From assembly GCF_004010195.1 (NCBI RefSeq), contig NC_057757.1, forward strand, positions 8,338,759 to 8,402,758: a DNA stretch of 64,000 bases, in the 5' to 3' direction. The number at the start of each line of letters is the position of its first letter. Position 1 is the stretch's first letter. Under the pieces are notes generated by a model, which was given only the letters and a program-made list of their open reading frames with translations, made no database searches and had not been told where the DNA came from. The translations under genes and the position numbers were made by a program. This DNA is from Chiloscyllium plagiosum. Taxonomy: Eukaryota. Positions 13,706 through 27,999 of this stretch are shown piece by piece.

Positions 13706-14559
13706 CTTAAATCCCTGTGGATTCAGGCCAGTGCTAAAGATTTGGTGAGACGATGGCCTATTGGTCTTTTCACTGGACTGTTAAAAGAGAGAATGAGGTA
13801 ATGTTCTGGGAAGTTGGGTTTGACATTCATCATGGCAGTTTGTGGAATTTCAAATCAATAAATATCAGATGTAAACAGTCTAATGATGATGATTAAACAT
13901 TTGTCATCGTCAGGAAAGAAAAATATCATCTTGCTCACTCCTGTCCTTTAGGGAAGGTCTGGCCCACGAGGGACTTCAGATCCACAACAACCTGGTCAAC
14001 GTTTACCTGCCGCCTGTACAAATCGGGAAGGGTGGTAAGTGTTGGCCTAGCTAGTGACACCCATATACATTTAATAAATGAAAGAAAATGGAGCTCCACA
14101 TTCACACCCAACTCACTGCTACAGATGGCTGCTCTCTTTTTCAACCACTCCCAGGGATTTGATATGCCCACACTGAGGCCATTATCACACATATGAAATG
14201 ATCTACTCCAGATTTGGTCCACTTTTGAAGACAAGGGATCCTCTACTTCATTTAATGTGGTTTACTGGAATAGGGAATATCCCCAACACATCAACCAGTA
14301 CCCAGCATAGACGACTGAGGCAAAATGATCTGTCTCCTGGCTTTGAGACCAGCAAGAGTTGGGTAACTTATTTGACTTGGAAAAACAAGCTATGATGGCT
14401 GGAATAGCTGATGCCCTGAATTCGGCCGAGCCTTGGCACCAACATTCACCCTCTCGCCATGTGCATTTCTGCTGATCTCTGCCATACAGAACGTTCTCTT
14501 GGACACTGACCACTCTCGGGTTCAGAGATATCCTTTTGCAGTTTTGGGAATGGGTATTA

Positions 14560-15560
14560 TTTTTAGATGTACTCACGAAATGAGAGCTTCAGTGGCCAGG
14601 CCAACGTTTATTGCCCAGCTCTATTCACCTTTGCAACAGTGTGCGTTTGATCCGCATTTGGAAATATCTGCATTTACTGGGGTGCAGGAAGATCCACAGT
14701 GATTTTGGAACAGAGTTGCAGCATTTTTAACCAGAAATAGTGATGGAACAACAATATAATTCCAAGTCAGAATGAAATATAACTTGAAAGGGGACTTGCA
14801 TAGGATGGTGTTTCTATGCATCAGCTGCCCTATTTCTATAGGATCTGGAGGTCATGGGTTTGTGAGGTGCTGCCGAAAGAGACTCAGTGTGTTACTGTTT
14901 TGCATCTTGTAGGTGGTATCCATTGCTGGCCATGCATGTCATTGGTGAAGGCAGTGAGTACTGACTGTGGTGATTGGCATGCCATTCAATCAGCTGTTTG
15001 TCCTGCAGAATGTGGTGCTTTGTAAGTGTTGCATTCAGTGTTGTATTTGAGCTGCTCTCAGCCAGACAGCTGCCTTGAGCTGTGCTTTCTGGGTGGTGGA
15101 CATGGATAGGAGAGGCAGGCAGGGAGCTTATTGCTACAGCAATCAGAACGTTTGACATACTCCTGTATCTACAGTACTTATCTGGCTGGACCAGGTCATT
15201 TTCTTATCAATGGTTGGCCCAAGTTGTTGACAGCCAGGCATTCAGCGATGTATTATCAAAGCAAACAAATGGGAGATTGGTAGGATGTTACCTTTTGAAG
15301 TGGTCATTACCTGGTGCTTGTGGGGTGCGAATGTTACTTGTCAATGATCAACACATTCTAAATGTTATCTTACTGTATATGGACACAAACCCCTTCATGA
15401 TCTAATGAGTCATAAATGGACGCAGAACGTTGTGCAATCACGAGAAAGCATCTATAATTTTGAAATTATGGTGAAAGGAAGGGCAGAAATGAGGCAGCTA
15501 CAAATTTTGGATTGAGGATATGACCGTGATGAATTCCTGCAGAGCTGTACGATGGCTGAG
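14560..15560 (-). mobile_element. Old CR1/L2-clade LINE 3' fragment
   Basis: Homologous to 28630-29500, 44370-45000 and 57770-58265, all with a tail shared with the Deu SINE. Confidence 0.55.
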
Positions 15561-15614
15561 ATGATTGACCTCCAACAGCCTTCTGCACCTATAGTCAGGA
15601 TGAAACCAAAGCAC

Positions 15615-15886
15615 GTGGAGAAAACACGCACCAACAGGTTGAAGAACAGCTTCTTCCCTGCCATTATCAGACTAATGAATGGACTCTTTAACTTCAAATA
15701 ATGTTGATCTTGCGATTGTTGATCGTACTTTGCACACCTACTATGCAGTGTAACCTGTATCCCTCACTCTGTCTAAGCACCCCATGATCTGTGTGTCCTT
15801 GTTTGATATTATCTGCCTGTACTGCTCGCAAAACAAACCTTTTCACTGTACTTAAGTACATGTGATCACAATAAATCAAATCAAAT
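15615..15886 (+). mobile_element. Rex1/Babar-like LINE 3' end
   Basis: KTRTNRLKNSFFPAIIRLMN C-terminal motif, AATAAA and (TCAAA)n tail. Confidence 0.55.
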
Positions 15887-18800
15887 GCATGTGATATTTC
15901 CACAAATGAGAAACTACAACTGGAGTTCATTATTCAGGGTAACGGGAGAGATTTACATCTATATTAAAACACCATGTTAAATGTACTGTATTCTGTTCTG
16001 TTAATACTATGCAATTCTCTCCAACTCAGTTATAAATAATACTCACAATATTGCAGGTACTAAAGTTTGTTATTTTTTGGAACAGACATTTTTCCCTCTT
16101 ACTTTTAGTAATTTATTTTTATACATAAAACTGTACGGTCCTCATCAAAACCTCTTTCTCCCAAGGAGGACACACATTACAAAGCAAAAAGCAGCCTGCT
16201 CTCACTGGAAAAAATAACTGAGGGAAGATTGTGAATTACAGGTTTAAAAATTGTTAATCTAAATCGAACCACATACAGATGTGAAATTGTGTCAAATTTT
16301 CCAGCTCTATATTCATCCTTATTAATTTAGATAATAAATTAATGTAGCTATGATCCAGAACTTGTCCTAATCTTGCTGAAAGATTAATCAGTACCAAAAA
16401 TATAATTTGAGTCAACATAATATGTCTATAGGACATTTTATTGAATTAACATAGCTACTCTTCCATTTAAACTGTATTTAAAAATCAGATTTGTTTATCT
16501 CCAATCGGAAATTTGTAAATCTCACAGCAAACATATGCAAACAGCTGTGAAGCTTTTCCCACTTGCAATCCATTGTATAATTACAAATTATATTCACAGC
16601 TCAGTAGTGGGTAGGCAGGAATGTAATACAAATGAAGCATTGTATGATACAGATCATTATGGTCCTAGTTCTAACTGTGGGCAGATATTCTATTTAATTT
16701 AATTTTCCACAAACAGATAAATTCTATCGTCAGAGATGCTCTTACTTACATAGGGCCACTGTGGCAAGTTGTTCCCCTCCAGTTAATAGCCCCCACTCAG
16801 TATAATTTTACTCTGAGAGATGCTCCCACTAACACTTGGACACTAGGTTAATTGTTCCTCTTTGGCAAGAAGCCCACACTTGATACAATTCTCACTGAAA
16901 GATGCTCACTGAATCACATTGCTGCTGGAGTCAGGCATTCCTTTCAGGCTATTGACCCACATGCAATACAGTTCTATAGTGAAAGATATTCTCAGTAATA
17001 CTTGCAAGTGAAGTATTCTTCTCTTACAGCTCCACACTTCCCTTAATGCTGTACCTACAAATACCCAACAAAAGCAAGAACACTTGGTCAGAAGTTCATA
17101 ATTGAGCAATTACCTGCACTTAGTACAACTCTACAATGACGCATCCTTCCAGCAACATGAGGCCACAGTAATCTGAGGATTCAGCCTGAGCTTCGTGATC
17201 CCCATCCAGTACAGTTCCACAATCAGTAATCCCTTTGTTCAGAGTGATTCCTGGAGATCTGGATCAACAGTACGCCACATTCCAATCAATCTCAGTTAAG
17301 GAATTACACCACAGAGTTAGTTTGGAAATGTTAACAATGTAGATTAATATCACACATCTGGAACCTGTACTGCCCCAGTCTTGTGCCCATTAAGTTAAGG
17401 GTTAAATGTGGCCAAGCACGGTAATGATTCAGCATTCAGACAACACCCCACATCAGTGAGTCGGATGCTCTGGGGAAGTAAAGACTGAACATCAAACGAT
17501 GAATTAAAAACTCTAAGACAGCCCATCACAGAATGCTACTGCCGCAGAACACTCAGTCTTCTGTGCTGTACTAACATCTTACATTATGGAAATAACTGAT
17601 AGTTTCTGAATCTTACAAAGTCTTATCAGCGATCAAATCAAATTCGTTTGATGCTTTGCCACTCAGCACTGAATTTACAGCATTTCAGAATTGATGAAAC
17701 AGGATGTCAGTGCGTCAAAGAGTTTGATCCACTATGTTACTCCCCTGCTGTAAAACACACTATCCCAGATATGTCGCAGCCAGCAGTGTTGATGCAGCAA
17801 CCCTGACATTTGTAATGTACTGTAGGAATGTTTAGTTTGGTGCTATCATTACTGCAAGCATGTATAAACTTCTGAGTGCTAGCTGGCAACAGCAAATCCC
17901 TTCATTACTACCTCACTCCCTCCCCAACACTCTCAATCACCACAAAACAGTCTTGCGGGATGGTTACTCAACACCTCAGTGTTACCTCCAGTAAACCACC
18001 TCACCCTGATACAGCGATTCGATCAAGCTGAAACATTTCATCCCAGTAGAAGGAGCTGAACATCCTGAACTGCCCTGTGTGGGGTCAGCTCCCTGAATGG
18101 GCCATCCTTAACCAGGCCAGGGTCCAATCATGAACGACTTTCCAAAAAGTGAAAGTAGGTGAGCAGTCATTCCCATTGCCCTCTGCTTTCCAGTCATCAA
18201 GAGTGCAAGGAAGAGGTGACAAAATTTCCAAGAGGCAGTTCACTCAAATTGATCAGTACGATCTGAAGCTGCATCAATGTAACCACAGCAAGTCACATTA
18301 CAACTGTTGGAATTTATATGTCTGTATAAATCTGTGGTGAAAAACACCCTCAGTGTTTGGACAGATATTCCGTGTGAGATTAGGTGCAATGATGTCCCAC
18401 ACCATGAGGTAAAGAACATCATGCAATACCAGGGTTGATAGATGATTAATACCTTTCTAGCAGTGTACTGCCGATGGTCTATGAACCAATTGGCGACACT
18501 GATACAGAATCCAACTCACTGAGTCCCTCACTGCTAAATGTCAGGTCAAGTGGAGATCACAACAGCAGGGCTGACTTTCACTCCATGTGGCCGAATGCTC
18601 TTCATCACGTTTAGTGTCTCGGAGCAGCACAACAATATCAAATATCCTAAACTGTGCACCATTCACCCCAAACTAATTTGTCTTTAATTAGTGAAAATCC
18701 TGTCGTGCCACACAGTGTCCACTGTTCTGAGCCTTATAGACCAGGTACAACAACAGATTTCACAAAGTTAACAGAGTACTGCACTACATGGTGTAACACT

Positions 18801-19754
18801 ATGTTCTCACAGTGACTCGGTCTAAAAATATATCCAGGGGATTCATCTCCAAAATGTCTGTGCCAATAAAATAACAACAATAATAACAATAAATACTTAT
18901 CCAAATTGATAGCCAAAGACTAAATAACAATCCTAAGTGAAGGCACATGGGAGCACCTTCACATAGACCAGTATTGCAACAAAGGGCAAGTTTCCCAATG
19001 TCCTGATGAGAAAGTTGTTTGGTCCTCTGGGAGAATTGCTGCACAACACTCCAGGTCTCAGCTTTTATCCTATTAAACTCTGCACCACAGCACTGTGCAT
19101 TCTTTTACAAGTGAAACAAGTTGCATGTCTTTTTGACAATCAAAAAATTCAACAATGCACATCATAATTGGAATTCTGTTCCCAATGCCTCTCCCAGCGA
19201 TCTGTCCTCACAAATAACATGTCTCCACACATCCACTGACTGGTAAAAACACACAGGATGCCATCCATGCTGACCTCTGATTTATCACTCTATAGTGACC
19301 TGCCAAACCCACCCATTGTCTAGGTTGTATCTGAGCTCCCACTTAGAGCAGGATCCACCAACAGAATACCTTTACATCAAGGAATGTCACTGAGAGGTGG
19401 CTTGTTACAAAACCCATTTGGTAGATAGCAGGCTTTGAACTCGCACAGAGAGAGAGACAGTGGTCTTCTAAATACCTTCTCGACCAGCCATGGCCAGTAA
19501 TCAGCCAAAGTGCATCAATGTGGTCTCAGTGCAAACCCATTCTGGACAGTGTAGAGAAACAGACAATGCTGCACATTACTGAGGAGGCTCCAAACCAACC
19601 AAATATTCACTTTAAACTCAGTAAGAGAGAAAGCTGTCGTCTGATACTGGGATTTTCCTTGCTAAATGGAAATAAAAGTATTATCAGTCATAGAGTGGAA
19701 ATAAGTCTGATTTTGTGCAGGGATTTATGCAATATAAGTTGTTACAAGACTCAC

Positions 19755-19803
19755 CAGGAATGCCAACAACGGCTAGGGTGGTGTAGTAAATTTCTCTGAT
19801 CAT
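19755..19803 (-). pseudogene. Probable exon 1 of the 11.2-12.1 kb GPCR pseudogene
   Basis: MIREIYYTTLAVVGIP followed by phase-1 donor G|GTGAG; homologous to exon 1 of the other cluster members; pairing across a 7.7-kb intron is inferred. Confidence 0.8.
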
Positions 19804-20247
19804 TTGTGTTGGAAAATACGCTTTGTTGTATGTGAAACAGCCTCTCTCTTCCTGCCTCTGTCATTCTCTCAGAATTGGAGAATTCTCTTGGAACCTGAGA
19901 TGACACAGTTCCAGCGACTTTATTTTCTATTGTGTTGTATTTCCATTGGGAAATTGTGATTACACAGTCACCTTTTTAAAAATCATTTTGAAAAGAAAGA
20001 CTGGATTAATCTGATGCTGTTTGGTCTCAAGTGCTAATTGTAACTTGTCTTCAAACAACAAGACTTACATTATTTCACACATTATCAGATCAATCACTAT
20101 CCAAATATCTTTTGATTTTCTTTACAGTGATGACCTTCATTTTGCTGATGCTATTCACTCATTCAATACCTTGTGTTGTAGAGCTCCTTGAGTGCTGTTC
20201 CAGTACAGATTGTTACACCACTGCTTTCCTTGGTAATTCAGTTGTAG

Positions 20248-21890
20248 AGTCATAGAGATTTACAGCACAGAAACATACCATTTAGTCCAATGCATCCATG
20301 CCAACCACATATCCTAAATCAATCTGGTCCCATATGCCAGCACTTGGTCCATATCCCTCTCAACCCTTGCTGTTCATAAATCCATCCAGATGCCTTTTAA
20401 ATGTTGCAACTATACCAGCCTTCACCACTTCTTCTGGCAGCTCAGTTCATGCACACACCACCCTCTGCATGAAAAGGTTGCCCCTTAGGTTCCTTTTAAA
20501 ATTTTGCCTCTCACCAGAAAACTCTGCCCTCTAATTCTGGATTCCCCCACCCTAGGCAAAAGATTTTGTCTATTTACCCTATCCATGATTTTATAAATCT
20601 CTATAAGGTCACCCCTCAGCCTCCAACACTGCAGGGAAAACAGCACCTGCATATTCAGCCTCTCCCAATAGCTCAAACCCTTCAACCCTGGCAACATCCT
20701 TGTAAATCTTTTCTGTACCCTTTCATGTTTCACAACATCCTTCCAATAGGAAGGAGACCAGAATGGCACACAAAAGTGGTCGAATCAATGTCTTGTATAG
20801 CTGCAACATGACATCCCAACTCCTCTGCTCAATGCTCTGACCAATAATGGAAAGTATACCAAATGCCTTATTCACTATCCAGTGACTCAAGGAACTATGA
20901 ACCTGCACTCCAAAGTCTCTTTGTTCAGCAACCCTCCCTAGGACCTTGCCATTGAATGTATAAGTCCTGTTCTGATTTGCATTTCCAAAATACATCACCT
21001 CACATTAATCTAAATTAAATTTCATCTGCCACTCCTAAGCCCATTGTCCCATCTGATCAAGATCCCATTGTGATCTGAGGTAACCTTCATCGTTGTCCAC
21101 TACACCTCCAATTTTGGTGCCATCTGCAAACTTACCAACAATACCTCTTATGTTCACATCCAAATCATTTACATAAATGATGAAAAGTAGTGGACCGAGC
21201 ACCAATCCCTATGGCACAACACTGGTCACAGGCCTTCAGTCTAAAAAGCAACTCTCCACAACCACCCTCTGTCTTCTACCTTCAAGCGAGTTCTGGATCC
21301 AAATGGTTAGCTCTCTCTGTATTCCACAAGATGTAACATTTCTAACCAGTCTTTCATGGAGAACCTTGTTGAACACCTTAGTGAAGTCCACTCTGCACTC
21401 ATCAATCCACTTTGTTACTTCTTCAAAAAACTCAATAAGTTTGTGAGACATGATTTCCCACGCACAACACCATGCTGACTATCCCTAATCAGTCCTTTTC
21501 TTTCCAAATACATGACAAATCTTGTCCCTCAGGATTCCCTCCAACAAGTTGCCCACTGCCGATGTCAGGCTCACCAGTCTATAGTTCCTTTGTTTTCCTT
21601 GCTACCTTTCTTAAATAGTGGCATCACATTAGCCAACCTCCAGTCCTGCAGCACGTCACCCAAGACTACTGATGATACAAATATCTCAATAAGGGGCCAA
21701 GCAAGCACTTTCCTAGCTTCCCACAGAGTTCTAAGGTACACCTGATCAGATCCTGGAGATTTGTCCACTTTTATGCATTTCAAGATGCCCAGCACCTCCT
21801 CCTTTATAATATGGATATTTTTCAAGATGTCACCATCTATCCCCACATTCTATATCTTCCACGTTCTCCTCCACAGTAAACACTGATACA
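20248..21890 (-). mobile_element. CR1 LINE, 5'-truncated
   Basis: Minus ORFs FWSPSYWKDVVKHERVQKRFTRMLPGL, LIEFFEEVTK, IKVDKSPGSD. Confidence 0.92.
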
Positions 21891-21894
21891 GGTG

Positions 21895-22982
21895 TGACAT
21901 TGCTTCCCAACTTTTAGCTCAGTGCCCTAACTGATGAAGGCCAGTGTGCCAAAAGCTTTCTTCACTGCCCTGTCTACCTGTGACTCCACTTTCAACAACT
22001 GTGAACCTGAACTCCAAGGTCCCTCTGAGCCAATGCACTCCTTAAGACCCTACCATTCACCGTGAAACTCCTACCTTGATTTGACTTTCCAAAATACAAG
22101 ACCTCATAATTATCTATATAAAACTCAATTTGCCATCTCTGAGCCCACCTCCCCAACTGATCAAGGTACCACTGCAATTTCTGATAACCTTCCTCACTGT
22201 CCACGATAACGCCTATTTTAGTATCATCAACAAACTTATTAATCATACTTTGTACATTTCCGTCCAAAACATTGATGTAGGTAACAACAGTAAATGAGTC
22301 CAGCACCAACTCCTGAGGCACTCACAGGTTTCCAGTCTGACAAGCATCCTTCCACTATTACCCACATCAACCCAATTTTGTATCCAATTTGATTGCTCTC
22401 TCTATCATTTGATCTAACCTTCCAGAACAGCCTACCATGTGGAACCTTATCAAAGGCCTTACTGAAATCCATATAGACTACATCTATTGTCCTGATGTTG
22501 ACAACTTTCCTGGTCACTTCAGCAAAGTATTGAACCAAATTTGTGAGGCATGATCTCCCACTGTCAAGCCATGCTAACTATTCTTCATCAAACTCTGTCT
22601 TTCCAAATGCATGCATATCTTATCTCAGAATCTTCTCAAGTCAGTTACCCTGTAGATGTTAAGCCTACTGGTCAATGGTTCTCAAGCTTTTCTTTGCAGC
22701 CCTTCTTGAATAATGGCACAATATTCACTACCCTCCAGTCTTACTGTACCTCACTCGTGGTTAACGATGTTGCAAAAATATCAGCCAGGGCTCGTGCAAT
22801 TTCTTCTCTCAGCTGCTGCAGTGTTCTTGGATATATCTGGTCAGGACCAGGAGATTTATCCACTTTTATATATTTTAATACATCCAACACTTCCTCTACA
22901 GTGATATGGACTGTCCCCAAGGTATCACTACTAACTTGAGCAAGTTCCCAAGTTTTCATGTCTTTCCCCACTGTAAACACAA
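21895..22982 (-). mobile_element. CR1 LINE RT fragment
   Basis: YMDFSKAFDKVPHGRL, KFVDDTKIG, IKVDKSPGPDQIYPR. Confidence 0.9.
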
Positions 22983-23910
22983 AGAGAGAGAGAGAGAGAG
23001 GATTGTGCGTGTGTGTGTTTAAAAGACAGATATGTAACATCAGCGGTGGATGAAGAGATCTGTGCATAATCCTGTTCTTATTTATTGTGGTCTCATGGTC
23101 TTATGCTGTTTTTAATTTTTCCAGGGATGTATGTGGCTGTCGTGGACAAGACGAACATCTGCTGTCTGACCCTCCTGACTGTACACCATAGTGTTTGAGC
23201 TTGATCGACCATTTCAAAGTGTAGTTAAGAGTCAGAGACATTGCTGTCACATATATGCCAAATGAGATAACCCCGACAGGTTTCCATCTGGAAGAGGGAT
23301 TAATGAGACACATTTTCCAGGGATAAAAGCAAAACACGTGGATGCTGGAGATTTGAAACAAAAATGGAGAAACGCAACGGGTCCAGCAACATGTGTGAAG
23401 AGAGAGAGAAACGTTTCGACTCCGGTATATGTCTTCTTCGGAACTCAGTTTCTTCATTATTTACTGATATTATCTCTGATCACTACAGTGAGTTGCTACA
23501 TTCCCAGCCAGTAATTTTTTCCCCCTTATTCATGGGATGGGGCGTCACTAGCCAGGCCAGCATTTATTGCCCGTTTATTATCAGAATGCGAATCTGGTGC
23601 GCCAGAACACTGTCCGGGTTTCTGGATTAACAGTCCAGCGATAATGCCACTACGGCATTCACTTTCCGTGACATCACTAGTACAGGCCGAGTCAGAGTTT
23701 GCAAATCAAAACACCAATGCAGGACAATATAAAGGAGCTGAGTGTAAGGGTTGGGTCCTTAAAATAATAACCCTGAATGAGATTGTGTTTGTTAGAACGA
23801 GCCTTCTCAATTCGGACATATGTAAATCGGGACCCCTTGTCCATAACAGTCTCTTTATAGCACCAGTTTATAGGAGATTATGGGATGAAGTGTAATGCTT
23901 GAAATGTTTA

Positions 23911-24827
23911 TTATATGTTAAATTTAAAAATCTTCACAATGAAATTGACAGAAAATTTAATGCCATTCCTTAACTCATTTCTGAACTTACTCTGGGTCCC
24001 TGCATAAATAAATGGGTTTATGCATGAACTTAAAATCTGAAGCATGTACCCACTTTCTTCCAGGTTGTATTTGGATTTGTTGTAATTGGAACCTGAGAAA
24101 TAACTCATGTTTGAAATTCTGACGTAGAGAAATGTTAACACATACAGCAGCCATAACAGGAGGAAACTGCCCGAGATACAGAAGAGCAGGATGATGGACT
24201 TTCTCCGGTTCCTCACCTCCGTGTCATTCAGATTTTCCACTTGTTTTCCAACATGGAGTCTTTTGCGAGTTTGAATGGCCTTTAGAATTTGTTTGACAGT
24301 CACAGCATTGAGCAGTAAGATCAAAACAAATGGGAGGCAAGGGGTTGAAATGAAATTAATCCAATGATATGCAGCCCATGAAGGCAAGGTGTAAAATATG
24401 GACTTAATTTTGCAATACCATGGTACATTACCAATTGTATACAATGGTTCGTAAATGAAATACCAGAATGTATTTTTGATACAGCTCATTCCACAAACTG
24501 CCCCTATAACCACAGCTGCTACTTTCTCTGTGCAATATCTTGTCTTCAATTTTGGGCAAGAAATAGCTACAAATCGATCAATAGTGAATATGACAGTTGC
24601 CCAGACAGAACAATCCTTGCTTCCAGACATTAGCACAAAATTGACACTACAGACTGGAGTGACATACAGGACGCTGAATGGGAAGTAAATTCCAACAATA
24701 CGGTTCAATATTACAGCTGTAATAATGACCAACAGGTCTGTCACCGCCATGAATGCAAGGTAAGAAGTGATGCATCTGGAGAGACCACACCTTCCTCTGT
24801 ATAGTATCACAACCACTGCCACGTTAG
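23911..24827 (-). CDS. GPR139/GPR142-like class A GPCR, exon 2 (intact; full protein ~328 aa)
   Basis: Open 7TM reading frame with MAVTDLL, CSVW..IDRFVAI, RRKSIILLF, SSCINPFIY; acceptor ttgcag| at 24828. Confidence 0.93.
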
Positions 24828-26816
24828 CTGCAATGTGAAAAAAAGGTGAATCCAGAGGATGAATGAAATGGAATAGAGATAAAGTGTGAGCAGAACGATT
24901 AGACTTGACTGCCCTATAAAGTTTGTGCCTAATGAGAGTGCAGCCTTATGGTCTAGTCAGAAAATGGTAACTTTAGCTTTAACTTATTCAGATAAAGACA
25001 TACCATGCACCAGCACTCCCACTGGAGCTACACAGGAGAATCAGGATAAGGTATTTCCTTCATCAATCATGCATTTTGAAACAACATTTAAACACATATA
25101 GGTAAGATACCACTTAACTATAGCTCCATAAAAAAGGATTGAGAAAAGGACCAATTCGGAGCATTGCCTCAGTATGACCTCTGCATGTTCACTGAGCAAC
25201 CATCAGTCACAGGTCATTTTGAAGATCAAGCTGACAGTGAACCACGAGCGGAGTTAGAGACTGAGAATGGAAACCTCGCATTTTGTATATGAAGAAAGAA
25301 AAAAACTCATGAAGAAAGAATCCAGATGCCTTACATTTCACCACATGCACACACTTTTTGTTAACAATTTGTTACAAAATACTATTTCGCTGCAGTCATT
25401 TGTTACATTCAGGCAAGAAATTTTAAACCCCTGAATACTGCGACTTCACATCATGCATGTTATATTAGGTAGAGTAAGAAATATAACATTGAGATAGTTA
25501 CCCCTTGATTGTAGCAAACCAATAACAAATCCAATCATTACATTCAATACCTTTCCAGTCTCATCCAGTATGTAAACCTGTCACAAAAGGCAGGAGGTTT
25601 AGAGAGGTTTCTGAGGACCATTCCTTTTTACAGAGAGGCGGTGAGGTCTGGAATATACCGTCTGGGTGTGTAGTGAAGATGGAAAACCTGACACCATTCA
25701 AACAAAGGATGTGGATGAGCACTTGAGATGGCATAACGTTCAAGGCTCTGGGTTTGAAAGTGGGACTAGTGTAGATTTCGAGTAATTTTTGTTGTTGCAG
25801 ACTTGATGAGCCTCTTCTACACTATATTGATCTATGCTTCTATGGTTACACTCCTGCGATCCAGATAATGAAGTTGCACACCAGAATCAAGTATTCACTG
25901 CATTTTTAGCTTACATTTCAGAGTGAAACATTACATGTGGATACTTACCATCTTCAGTCCATGCTGGTGTCAACATCTTTCCCTTCATAATCATTTCAAA
26001 TCAAACTGTTGGGATAGATTGTGAAATAACTACAATGGAGATGGGACTTCAACATCTGACCCAAACTTTGGAACACTGTTTGGGAGTCCAACCACAGCTC
26101 GTCAATGGTCCTTTGCCTCAGTCCTCACCTTCGGCAGAACTGGGGTTCCACCATAAGTTGAATCAAAATGACTGGATTCAGAGACCAGAGTGCTCATCTT
26201 TACACCATAGAATGTATTGCTTACAGTTTAGCAATTTTGCATGTCAAGTGAACTTCCCTGCATGACAGGAACAGAACATGCAATTATTTTTGTACCATCA
26301 GTGCATGTACAGTTATTTCTCAAACTCAAACCTCATGGCACAGTGATAGAGACCCGACTACACTGTCACAAGGCCCTTTTTGGGTTAGGTTTCTCGATAT
26401 AACAGGCTCAAGAGATGACCCACTTAAAGCTCTCCACAGGTACATAGTTTATGTTATGTTATAAAATCAACTTGTGCGTCAGAAACACTTACATTTTACC
26501 ATACTTTATCTATTCCTTCAGGGAATGTAGCCATCTTCACTGGCTGGACCAGCATTTATTGCCTCTCTCAGTTGCCCTGAGAATCGTCTTTGAGAGTTTC
26601 TCCTGTGAATATCTGACATGCCTTCCCTATCACCGCTGGTCAGAGTGTGTTTAGCTGACTGGATGTCAACTATTGGGAGCTGTATAAGATCAATCTTTTT
26701 CCTACAGTCTGTCTTCCTTTAAAACACTATTTAAAAACACACTTAACAAACAATTAAGTTTTTTTTTGCATCAAGTTGCTCACCATTGTACTGGATAACT
26801 TGCTGGTCTGACCACC

Positions 26817-27428
26817 ATTAAGGACCAGACCAGATCCACTCAAAATATTTACAGAAGGTGGCCTCGACGCTAACGCTTTCTTATTTCAAACGTAGATGTG
26901 TAGTGTCTCGTTACAGATGTGATGCGATTGGTCGAACTACTGACATTAACCAAAACACAATTTATTTAAACTCAGAAGTTAAAATACAAACAAAGGAAAG
27001 GTGTTCATAATAATTTAAAACCTATTGGAAAACTTAATTGAATAATAGATGAAGTAATCGAAACAAACTGTTCTAATAAAGTAGCATCCCATAAACACAC
27101 CTGTTAGCAAAAAGTCAAATTCCAACACAGATTTTTATATGCAGTTCACCAATGCAGGCGGAGCAACCATCAAGAGAAGGTTCAAAGTGAATAATATTGT
27201 GGAGACATTCACTGGAGCTTCATCATTTTTCAAATCCCAAAAGTTTCTGCTGCATAAATGTAAAAAAAAACCTAGAAATCCTGGTCCATGAGAGCTGGCC
27301 ACACCCATTCAGGCTGTTTCCATTGTTTCAACTTTATTAAACAAAAACCCAAAGCTTCACAAACTGTTTGTGACTTTTTCATGGCAAACTCTCTTCAAAA
27401 AAAAACAGGACAGCATGGTCTCACTACA
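26817..27428 (-). mobile_element. Decayed solo LTR related to the Gypsy LTR at 33349-33952
   Basis: Reverse-complement similarity (e.g. CATCCCATAAACACACC vs GGTGTGTTTATGCGATG); paralogous copy at 38586-39549. Confidence 0.6.
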
Positions 27429-27929
27429 TTACAGGTGAGACAAATGCACAACATTCTTTTGTAGCTGGTGGTTATCATTCACTAAAATTGGTGGCTCAAA
27501 TGCTGGAAGACCACCTACAGTCACATTGCCAAGAATGATAAAGGAAACACTTAAAAGGAAGGCCTGACACATTAACACAAAAAAATTTGCAAACTCAAAC
27601 AGGAGACTGATGATTCACCCGTAGAAATAGTACATTAGATGATATTTTAAAGGAAATGCTATTGTGGGGGCAAACTATTATGTGCAAGTCAAGAAAATAT
27701 TCAGTTGAAAGAGAGAAATTATAGTATAGTCAAAGCAATGATAAAATCAAAAGATAGAATTATAGCTCAAGAGATATACTAATGTGTTCCAAGAAAACGT
27801 GTTTCCAAGAAGGACATTATAATGCTAAAAGGGAAGAAGATGCACAAAACGGACTAGTGATCACAACAATATTATTTTATGGCAGCTAAAATCAGAATGA
27901 CTTTCAAAACATACAAGAAATTTAAGTAC

Positions 27930-27999
27930 CTGGCATCCCAATAGCTGCAAGGATGGGATAATAAATGGCAAAGAGCAGACCTCTTGGTGCACCATGCAT
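27930..27999 (-). CDS. Exon 1 of the 23.9-28.0 kb GPCR
   Basis: MHGAPRGLLFAIYYPILAAIGMP plus phase-1 donor G|GTACTT, splicing in frame to ..ANVAVVV; TATA-like TATAAT ~45 nt upstream. Confidence 0.88.

Noticed and set aside
19420..19497. Possible tRNA-Ser-like relic on minus
   Set aside because: Too degenerate to support
21928..21962. CTGATGA-AGGC..GCC-AAAAGC hammerhead-like string
   Set aside because: It is the antisense of CR1 coding sequence (KKAFGTLAFI); GAAA is absent and other CR1 copies do not keep the core
25949..25994. Alternative in-frame first exon MIMKGKMLTPAWTED with perfect GTAAGT donor
   Set aside because: Lacks the hydrophobic half of TM1 and is absent in the paralog; the homologous exon 1 is at 27930-27999
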